Shown here piece by piece: positions 57,453 through 64,000 of a stretch of 64,000 nt of DNA. Every line of letters starts with the position of its first letter. Position 1 is the stretch's first letter. Made by a program: the position numbers and the translations under genes. This DNA is from an uncultured bacterium. GTDB lineage: Bacteria; Bacillota_I; Bacilli_A; RFN20; CAG-826. The stretch is taken from positions 3,996 through 67,995 of the forward strand of contig CASFTG010000003.1 in the NCBI GenBank assembly GCA_949297805.1, written 5' to 3'. The notes beneath the pieces were generated by a model. It saw only the letters and a list, made by a program, of their open reading frames with translations, was not told the DNA's origin and ran no database searches.

Positions 57453-57842
57453 ATGTTCGACAAAAGCAAATACATCGATGCATACAATTCAGCGAATTAC
57501 CGGTCAATCAGGATTCGGGTGCGGAAAGACGACCCTTTGGTCAACGAGCAATTGGATGGGGTGAAAGGGAGCCTGAATAGCTATGTAGTTGGCCTGATCC
57601 GGAAGGATGCCTATAAACATCGCAGCCATAACTTCATTAATGACGAAGTTTTAATCGATTTCCCCGTTTGTCCTCCTTTGGAGCGCCTCATTGACCAAGC
57701 CGAGCAAGCCGACTTCGAGAATCGATACGAAATTTATATGAATGTGGTTGACGCCATCGATGTTAGGGCCAAGCGCGAGGTGATGCATCATCGTCTCACG
57801 GAAAGCCAATGGAATAAACTGCTTTTGAGGTACTGCCTCTAA
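57453..57842 (+). CDS. Small protein with an N-terminal Arc/ribbon-helix-helix-like segment
   Basis: 'KYIDAYNSANYRSIRIRVRKD..SLNSYVVGLIRKD' pattern; GGAG before ATG 57453. Confidence 0.55.
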   Translation: MFDKSKYIDAYNSANYRSIRIRVRKDDPLVNEQLDGVKGSLNSYVVGLIRKDAYKHRSHNFINDEVLIDFPVCPPLERLIDQAEQADFENRYEIYMNVVDAIDVRAKREVMHHRLTESQWNKLLLRYCL

Positions 57843-57895
57843 TCGGGCTTGCAAGGACTGACTTTTTAACCACGGAAAACCTCGGGTTCAGGATT

Positions 57896-57975
57896 TTGGA
57901 AAAATAGCCAAAAATGGCCTCCGAAGTATTGGAAAAATAGGCAAAATGACCCCTTAGACTATTGGCAAAATAGCC
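57896..57975. repeat. 33-bp-period array (TTGG(A/C)AAAATAG core, 3 copies)
   Basis: Copies at 57896, 57929 and 57962. Confidence 0.85.
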
Positions 57976-58071
57976 GCATCCTTACTAAATCCGATAAAAA
58001 GACGGCTAAATATCGGTATTTTCTTTTGCGACCACTTCTTCTAAGTTTTGATGACGCCCTCAATAGAGCGA

Positions 58072-58599
58072 TTATTGGAGTTTTGCCTGATAAAATGCGA
58101 GGGCCGCCAGGGTCTTCCCGTCTTTGATGAGCCCGTCTTTGACCATTGTCTTTAAATCCGTCATCTTGATGAATCGATAATCGAGGCTTTCCCCTTCATC
58201 GAGATGGCGGGTCCCCGGCTTTAAGCCTTGGGCTAAATAGATATGGATTACTTCATCGGTATAAGCACAGGAGGGGTATATATCGCCTAAATGAAGCCAA
58301 GAAGTGGCGGCGTAGCCGGTCTCTTCGGCTAATTCCCTTTTGGCCGTTTCCATCGGGTCTTCCTTGGGGTCGGCTTTGCCGGCCGGGATCTCCAATGTGT
58401 CCTCGCCATAGGGATAACGGAATTGCTTTTCGATCAAAACCCTTTCCTGGTCATCGATAGCGAGAACTGCTGAGGCTTCGCAATGGCGGATCACTTCTCT
58501 AATGGCCTTATGGCCGTTCTCTAATTCGACCTCGTCGACATATAGGTGGAGCAATTTGCCGGAGAAGACGTTCTCTGATTTGATGGTCTTTTCTTTCAT
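58072..58599 (-). CDS. NUDIX hydrolase (ADP-ribose pyrophosphatase-like)
   Basis: Nudix box 'GKADPKEDPMETAKRELAEETG'; 'QFRYP'. Confidence 0.92.
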   Translation of the reverse strand: MKEKTIKSENVFSGKLLHLYVDEVELENGHKAIREVIRHCEASAVLAIDDQERVLIEKQFRYPYGEDTLEIPAGKADPKEDPMETAKRELAEETGYAATSWLHLGDIYPSCAYTDEVIHIYLAQGLKPGTRHLDEGESLDYRFIKMTDLKTMVKDGLIKDGKTLAALAFYQAKLQ

Positions 58600-58619
58600 A
58601 TTTTTGATACAAATTTGCC

Positions 58620-59990
58620 TTAGATTAGGCCGGCCATGTAAATAGGCAAGTACAACGTGTCCCCTTCTGTTTTTAAATCTTTGCCATAAATGATGTATTT
58701 CTCCCCAATTCCCCGATTTTTGTATTTTTGCGAAAATATATCTAAGGAAGCATGCCGACTATAACTAGATGACTTTACCTCGATTGGGCATATTTTCCCG
58801 TTTTTTATAATCACAAAATCAATCTCATATTGTTTTTTAATATCTTCTCGGCTCTTTTTGAAGGTGTGATAATAAAGTTTGTGCCCGGAATTGATTAAAG
58901 CTTGTGCCACGGCATTTTCGAAGAACATCCCGTTGTTAGTTGAAAGATGATCAAAAATTAGACTTTTGTATATGTCGCCTGAGGTTTTACTTTCGGAATT
59001 CAATGCCTGAGTTACTAATAAGCCAGTATCCGAAGAATATATTTTAAATTGCTCTGGGATCACGCTTAAGCCCAACGCTATTTCGGGATTACTAATATTC
59101 CGACAGATATTGCCAACAAGCGACTTCTCTATGCCTTCAATCGTGTTTATTAGCGAGATATATTCGGCGCCTTTTTTAATTTGATTATAGCGAAAAGTTC
59201 TGTTTTTGTTGGAAAGATAAGATGGTATGTGTGAATAGACGGCACTGGTGAACGTTTTGTAGTCTCGATCGTATTTCCGCAGGTCGTCCTCGTAGATTTT
59301 ATTGATTGCCCGTTTGGTAGTGTCGACTTTTGAAAAGTTTACTTTATCGTTCAAATATTGATTTACTGCTTCTGGCATGCCACCGACGCACATATACATC
59401 CGGAAAGTCGCCATTATTTTCCGATGAACCGGGTAAGTTAGCGGAGTGCGTTTTTCTAGACAGTCACGTAGGAAAGGGTAGGTGACAAAATCGCCGTTTG
59501 CCCAGAGGAATTCTTCAAAGTCCATCGGATTCATTCGAATATTCATCACCTCGCTTGGATTGGTGAACCTTTTGCCAAGGAGCCTTAATGTGATAAGCGA
59601 ACCGGTCTCAATGTAATCATATCTTCCATCTTCTATTAGGTATTTCATTCCTTCATGAATCCGCGGGAATTTTTGAACTTCATCGAAAATAATTAATGAA
59701 TTTCGCGGATAAAGTTCTGTGTGGTAATATACCGATAGCCGGTTGAAAAGGGTATCTAGGTCGTCGAAACCGTCTTCGAATATTTCTTTGACAGGGTTTC
59801 CTACCTTGTCAAAATCGACGATGATGTAGGAACGATATTCGTTCTTGGCAAATTGTTCGACTATCGTGCTTTTGCCTACCCGGCGAGCCCCTTCTATGAG
59901 TAGCCCATAACTATGACTATAAGACTGCTTCCACTTTAATAAATCTTTGTAGATTTTTCTTTTGAATTGAAATTTAGATCCACGTTCCAT
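58620..59990 (-). CDS. AAA_14 ATPase with DUF4143 domain (second copy, AT-rich)
   Basis: 'IEGARRVGKS', 'FDEVQ', 'ETGS', 'GGMP', 'FENAVAQ', 'EIDFV..CPIEVKSS'. Confidence 0.9.
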   Translation of the reverse strand: MERGSKFQFKRKIYKDLLKWKQSYSHSYGLLIEGARRVGKSTIVEQFAKNEYRSYIIVDFDKVGNPVKEIFEDGFDDLDTLFNRLSVYYHTELYPRNSLIIFDEVQKFPRIHEGMKYLIEDGRYDYIETGSLITLRLLGKRFTNPSEVMNIRMNPMDFEEFLWANGDFVTYPFLRDCLEKRTPLTYPVHRKIMATFRMYMCVGGMPEAVNQYLNDKVNFSKVDTTKRAINKIYEDDLRKYDRDYKTFTSAVYSHIPSYLSNKNRTFRYNQIKKGAEYISLINTIEGIEKSLVGNICRNISNPEIALGLSVIPEQFKIYSSDTGLLVTQALNSESKTSGDIYKSLIFDHLSTNNGMFFENAVAQALINSGHKLYYHTFKKSREDIKKQYEIDFVIIKNGKICPIEVKSSSYSRHASLDIFSQKYKNRGIGEKYIIYGKDLKTEGDTLYLPIYMAGLI

Positions 59991-60053
59991 AAATTCTTCC
60001 GATATAATCGAATATATTTTACTTAATAATGTATAATAATTTCAATAGATTTT

Positions 60054-60171
60054 TCCTTTTCTCCTAAATCTTTTATAGTGGTTTTCCGGTTATTTCCATA
60101 AATCCTATTTCTAGAAACTAAGGTCATTTCAGCAAATCTTTAACCATTTTTTTGGGTCATTTCCATAAATG
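60054..60171. repeat. 33-34-bp-period array (GGTYATTTCCATAAATC core, 4 copies) upstream of the second AAA_14-DUF4143 gene
   Basis: Degenerate copy ending at 60070; copies at 60088, 60122 and 60155 with unrelated 16-17 nt intervening sequences. Confidence 0.8.
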
Positions 60172-60264
60172 TCGCGTTCACAAAAATATAATAAGACCAT
60201 TTTATCGCATCTTTTTCTACTGGATTCCCCTAAATTATTAATGCCCTTTTTCTATTGCTTGCTT

Positions 60265-60293
60265 TTGGCTTCCCTTTCCCGCGCGTGTATGAT
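60265..60293 (+). promoter_or_regulatory. SigA-type promoter for the dCMP deaminase-ecf-truA operon
   Basis: TTGGCT-17 nt-TATGAT. Confidence 0.55.
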
Positions 60294-60315
60294 TGTCGGT
60301 GCTGGAGGAAGCCAT

Positions 60316-60798
60316 ATGGAAACGCACCGTACCGATAACCTTAACTGGGAAGAATATTTCATGGGCATCGCCGAACTTTCGGCTGCCCGGAGCAAAGACC
60401 CCTCGACCCAAGTCGGGGCCTGCATCGTCGACTCAGCCAACAAAGTCGTCTCCATCGGCTATAACGGCATGCCCCGGGGCGTCGATGATGATTCCATCCC
60501 TTGGGGGCATGGGGAAGGGCTCGACTCCAAATACCTTTACGTCTGCCACGCCGAATTCAACGCCATCCTCAATACCCGCGATGGCTCGGCTTTGAATGGG
60601 TGCCGGATCTACGTCACCTTGTTCCCCTGCAACGAATGCGCCAAAGCCATCGTCCAGGTCGGGATCAAGGAAGTCATCTACAAAGACGACAAGTACCATG
60701 ACCACCTCGAGGAGCAAGCCTCCCGCCGGATCCTCGACATGGCGGGGGTTAAGTATCGCCCCTACGTCGGGCGCGAGGTGAAGTTCGATGTTCATTAA
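60316..60798 (+). CDS. dCMP deaminase (ComEB family)
   Basis: 'RSKDPSTQVGACIV', 'GYNG', 'HAEFNAI', 'PCNECAK'; GGAGG before ATG 60316. Confidence 0.93.
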   Translation: METHRTDNLNWEEYFMGIAELSAARSKDPSTQVGACIVDSANKVVSIGYNGMPRGVDDDSIPWGHGEGLDSKYLYVCHAEFNAILNTRDGSALNGCRIYVTLFPCNECAKAIVQVGIKEVIYKDDKYHDHLEEQASRRILDMAGVKYRPYVGREVKFDVH

Positions 60799-61009
60799 GC
60801 GCAACGCCTTCTACCGGATCGTCGTCATCTCGATCTGCTTCCTTTTAGTCGGCATATCGTTGTTCATCCCGCTGGCGGGCCAAATCGAGGAGAATCCGGT
60901 TCTTTTCTATTCGGTATTAGGGGTGTTCCTATTTTTGTATGTCGCCTGCTGCGTTGGCAATGAGCTATATATCCACTTCCGTTACAAGGGGAAAGACAAG
61001 GATGAGTGA
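60788..61009 (+). CDS. Small two-TM membrane protein
   Basis: GAGG RBS; two hydrophobic helices; overlaps both neighbours in the operon. Confidence 0.7.
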   Translation: MFIKRNAFYRIVVISICFLLVGISLFIPLAGQIEENPVLFYSVLGVFLFLYVACCVGNELYIHFRYKGKDKDE

Positions 61010-61832
61010 GGTTATCCTTGAGGTTAACGATTTGACCTTTGGCTATACTAGCGACGGTCAAAAAGCCCTCGATGGGCTCTCTTTTTCGGTTAATAAGGGA
61101 AGTCAGGTCGCCATCATCGGCCATAACGGGTCGGGCAAGTCGACTTTAGCCAAAGCCATCATGGGTTTATTGGGATTCGATTATAACGGGACCATCAAGT
61201 TATTTGGCCAAGTGGTCGATAAGAAGAGCAAGCCGGCCCTCCGTTCGCATTTAGGCATTGTCTTTCAGAATCCCGATAACCAATTCGTCGGCAGCACCGT
61301 CGCCGATGACATCGCCTTCGGCTTGGAGAATAAGCAAGTTCCTTCTTCCGAGATGGAAGGTATCATCGAGGAATATGCTGGTTTAGCTGGGATGAAGGAG
61401 TTTCTCGACCGGGAACCGACTTCCTTATCCGGCGGACAGAAGCAACGGGTCGCCATCGCCGGGGTCTTAGCCATGCAGCCCGACCTTGTCATCTTTGATG
61501 AAGCGACCGCCATGCTCGACCCCAAAGGGAAGAAAGAGATCGCCACTTTGATCGAAAAGGTCAAGCAAGCCAAACCTGAACTCACCATCCTTTCCATCAC
61601 CCATGACATCGAAGAGGCCAAGTTAGCCGATGAGGTGCTGGTCCTAAATGAAGGGAAGTTGATCCTTAAAGGGACCCCGGAGGAAGTATTCGCCTCCGAG
61701 ACTATCCTCGCCGATTCCCATCTTGATATCCCCTTTGCTTTGTCTTTATCCCATGAGCTCAATAAGCTCGGGGTTACCATTAAGCCGACGATGGATGAAC
61801 AAAAACTAATGGAGGAAGTCCTATGCCGATAG
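61002..61832 (+). CDS. ecfA1: ECF transporter ATPase A1
   Basis: 'GHNGSGKST', 'VFQNPDNQFVG', 'LSGGQKQRVAIAG', 'DEATAMLDP'. Confidence 0.93.
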   Translation: MSEVILEVNDLTFGYTSDGQKALDGLSFSVNKGSQVAIIGHNGSGKSTLAKAIMGLLGFDYNGTIKLFGQVVDKKSKPALRSHLGIVFQNPDNQFVGSTVADDIAFGLENKQVPSSEMEGIIEEYAGLAGMKEFLDREPTSLSGGQKQRVAIAGVLAMQPDLVIFDEATAMLDPKGKKEIATLIEKVKQAKPELTILSITHDIEEAKLADEVLVLNEGKLILKGTPEEVFASETILADSHLDIPFALSLSHELNKLGVTIKPTMDEQKLMEEVLCR

Positions 61833-62677
61833 ATTTCTCCTCCGTTTACTACACCTATTCCCCTAAGACTCCGTTGCAATACCAGGCCTTAAAGGACATC
61901 AATCTCCGCATCGATGAAGGGGAGTTCGTGGCTTTGGTCGGCCGGACGGGCTGTGGCAAGTCAACCCTCGTGAGCCATATCAATGCTTTGTTAGTCCCCT
62001 CTTTAGGGGAGGTCAAAGTCGATGAGTTCGTCTCTAGTGCCGATAAGAAGAAGCGGACCAAGAAGATCAGTCCCTTAAGGAAATTGGTGGGGCTGGTGTT
62101 CCAATTCCCCGAGTATCAGCTATTCGAGGAGACGGTGCTTAAAGACGTCAGCTTTGGGCCGAAGAACTTTGGACGGAGCAAGGAAGAGGCGATAGAGGAT
62201 GCGAAAGAGGCCCTGAGTTTAGTGGGGCTTGGCGAATCCTTTTATGACCGTTCGCCTTTTGAACTAAGCGGAGGCGAGAAGCGAAGGGTCGCCATCGCCG
62301 GGATCCTGGCCATCCACCCTAAATACTTAGTGGTCGATGAGCCGACGGCGGGACTCGATCCTTTAGGGGCCAAAGAGATGATGGACCTCTTCGATGAGAT
62401 CCACGCCAAGGGGACGACCATCATCCTCGTCACCCATGATATGTCCTTGGTCTTGAAGCATGCCGATAAGGTGTTCGTCATGAGCGAGGGCCAAATCGCT
62501 AAGACCTGCAGCCCGATTGAATTATTCAAAGAGGATATCACCCAATATTCTTTGCAAATCCCGCCTTTCTTCGAATTCGCTAAGCAATTAAAGGCCAAAG
62601 GAATGGATATTTGCCTTGATAATTGCGTCGATATCCCTTCTTTAGCCAAGGAAATCGCGAGGTGCAAACATGGCTAG
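61823..62677 (+). CDS. ecfA2: ECF transporter ATPase A2
   Basis: 'GRTGCGKST', 'VFQFPEYQLFEETV', 'SPFELSGG', 'DEPTAGLDP'. Confidence 0.93.
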   Translation: MPIDFSSVYYTYSPKTPLQYQALKDINLRIDEGEFVALVGRTGCGKSTLVSHINALLVPSLGEVKVDEFVSSADKKKRTKKISPLRKLVGLVFQFPEYQLFEETVLKDVSFGPKNFGRSKEEAIEDAKEALSLVGLGESFYDRSPFELSGGEKRRVAIAGILAIHPKYLVVDEPTAGLDPLGAKEMMDLFDEIHAKGTTIILVTHDMSLVLKHADKVFVMSEGQIAKTCSPIELFKEDITQYSLQIPPFFEFAKQLKAKGMDICLDNCVDIPSLAKEIARCKHG

Positions 62678-63533
62678 TTTCGCGATTGGGCGTTATGTCC
62701 CTTATGATTCCTTTCTCCATAAGATGGACCCGCGGGCCAAGTTGGCGGCGACGATTTTCTTAATGGTCGCCGTCTTCCTCAATTACCCGACCTGGTCGAT
62801 GCGGGCCCTGATGGGCGGGGTCCTCTTCCTCTTCCTTTGCGTTTTGCTTTATTGCTCAAGGATGAGCCTAAGGTCGATCCTTGGTTCCCTCCGCTCCCTC
62901 TGGTTCATGATCTTGTTTTTGCTGCTCATCTATATTCTCGTCCCGACGGGCAAGGAGCCGACTTTAGGCATCGCCTGGTCAACCGGGAGCTGGACGGTAT
63001 ATTGGGATGCCTTTGCCGAGGCCTTCCGGATTATGATGCGGTTAATCATGATGATCATGCTGACCATGGTCTTAACCGCGACCACCAAACCGCTGGATTT
63101 GACCTATGCTATCGAATGGTATTTGACGCCTTTGAAGATATTCCGTTTCCCAGCCGCCGAAATCGCGATGATTTTATCCATCGCCCTGCGCTTCATCCCG
63201 ACGTTATTGGAAGATGCCGACCGGGTAATGAAAGCCCAAACCTCCCGCGGGGTCGACTTCAAACATGGCCGGCTCCTATCCCGGATCACTGGGATGACTT
63301 CTTTGATCATCCCTTTGTTCGTCTCTTCCTTCGTCCGGAGCGAGGAACTAGCTGATGCGATGGAATGCCGAGGCTATGATCCAGATGCCAAAAGAACCCG
63401 TTATCGGAAACTCCATTTCGGCTTCGGGGCCTGGATGGGGCTAATTGTCTCGGTCTTGGTGATGGCTGGCTATATCACCGTCTCGGCGATGAACCTCGAT
63501 TTCTTTGCTCTTTTGGGAGTGACGGCCTTATGA
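62670..63533 (+). CDS. ecfT: ECF transporter transmembrane component T
   Basis: 'HKMDPRAKL', 'IALRFIPTL', 'AQTSRG', 'AMECRGY'. Confidence 0.93.
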   Translation: MASFAIGRYVPYDSFLHKMDPRAKLAATIFLMVAVFLNYPTWSMRALMGGVLFLFLCVLLYCSRMSLRSILGSLRSLWFMILFLLLIYILVPTGKEPTLGIAWSTGSWTVYWDAFAEAFRIMMRLIMMIMLTMVLTATTKPLDLTYAIEWYLTPLKIFRFPAAEIAMILSIALRFIPTLLEDADRVMKAQTSRGVDFKHGRLLSRITGMTSLIIPLFVSSFVRSEELADAMECRGYDPDAKRTRYRKLHFGFGAWMGLIVSVLVMAGYITVSAMNLDFFALLGVTAL

Positions 63534-64000
63534 AGGTCTTAGGTTATCTTTCCTTTTTAGGGAGAGCCTATTATGGGTTTCAACGGCAGCCGAATAAGGT
63601 GACGGTCCAGGGGACGGTCGAGAATGTCCTTTCTTCTTTACTCGGGCAAGAGACTTTGATCAAGGGGTGTGGCCGGACCGATGCCGGGGTCAATGCTTCT
63701 TCTTATCCTTTCGCTTTTCCGGTTGAGCGAAGAGTGAACTTGACTCGGCTCTGCTCTTTGCTTAATCGGCGGCTGCCTTCCGATATCTCTTGTTCATTTT
63801 TGCTTTATGTCGATGATAGCTTCGATCCCCGGCATAGCAGCGTTAGCAAAACCTATATCTACCGTTTCTCAATTAAGAAGAAACATGCTTTGCGATCGGA
63901 TATGGTGGCATATCTAGGTGACTATGATTTCGATTTGGCGGCTTTTCGGTCGGCTTTGCGGATTTTCGAAGGGGAACATGATTTCTCGAATTTTACGGCC
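63530..64000 (+). CDS. truA: tRNA pseudouridine(38-40) synthase, runs off the window
   Basis: MKVLGYLSFLGRAYYGFQRQ..TVQG..GCGRTDAGVNA..GEHDFSNF; canonical ecfA1A2T-truA order; not in the ORF track. Confidence 0.92.
   Translation, partial: MKVLGYLSFLGRAYYGFQRQPNKVTVQGTVENVLSSLLGQETLIKGCGRTDAGVNASSYPFAFPVERRVNLTRLCSLLNRRLPSDISCSFLLYVDDSFDPRHSSVSKTYIYRFSIKKKHALRSDMVAYLGDYDFDLAAFRSALRIFEGEHDFSNFTA

Noticed and set aside
58019..58071. Possible AAA_14 remnant 'FLLRPLLLSFDDAL' after the orphan array
   Set aside because: Resemblance to the 'L.PL.F.EF' motif is too weak to support
57896..60171. CRISPR arrays
   Set aside because: Cores of 12-17 bp with 3-4 degenerate copies, intervening sequences too short, and no cas genes
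61265..62667. Long antisense ORFs over ecfA1/ecfA2, and similar shadow ORFs over the M6, helicase and Ig-lipoprotein genes
   Set aside because: Mirror-frame artefacts of codon bias in real genes; no RBS or motifs

Overview
Chromosomal window from a Gram-positive-type (probably uncultured gut Bacilli-like) bacterium; the taxonomy is inferred from gene content and lipoprotein style only. Left to right: (1) a sugar-utilisation locus (ABC transporter, multidomain GH43 lipoprotein, Ig-like lipoprotein, RDD protein, GH2, a LacI-like protein lacking its HTH); (2) an AbiL/RloAB-like ATPase-TOPRIM pair and an IS30-like 3' remnant that also folds into a long rod; (3) a Wzx/Wzy polysaccharide locus with a CDP-6-deoxyhexose pathway, split by a 5.8-kb DUF4011/SF1-helicase/Vsr-like gene; (4) gpmA, a CDF transporter and ugd; (5) an accessory patch with an AAA_14-DUF4143 gene, a decayed paralog, a frameshifted HTH-MNT gene and several short-repeat clusters; (6) three tandem M6 metalloprotease lipoproteins coupled to smpB-folC; (7) a GH13 alpha-glucosidase, NUDIX, a second AAA_14-DUF4143 gene, dCMP deaminase, ecfA1A2T and truA. 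The most striking unexplained pattern is that both intact AAA_14-DUF4143 genes and the decayed paralog are each preceded by a helically phased (23- or 33-bp period) repeat array, and a fourth, orphan array is also present. All family assignments come from motifs read by eye; no database searches were run.
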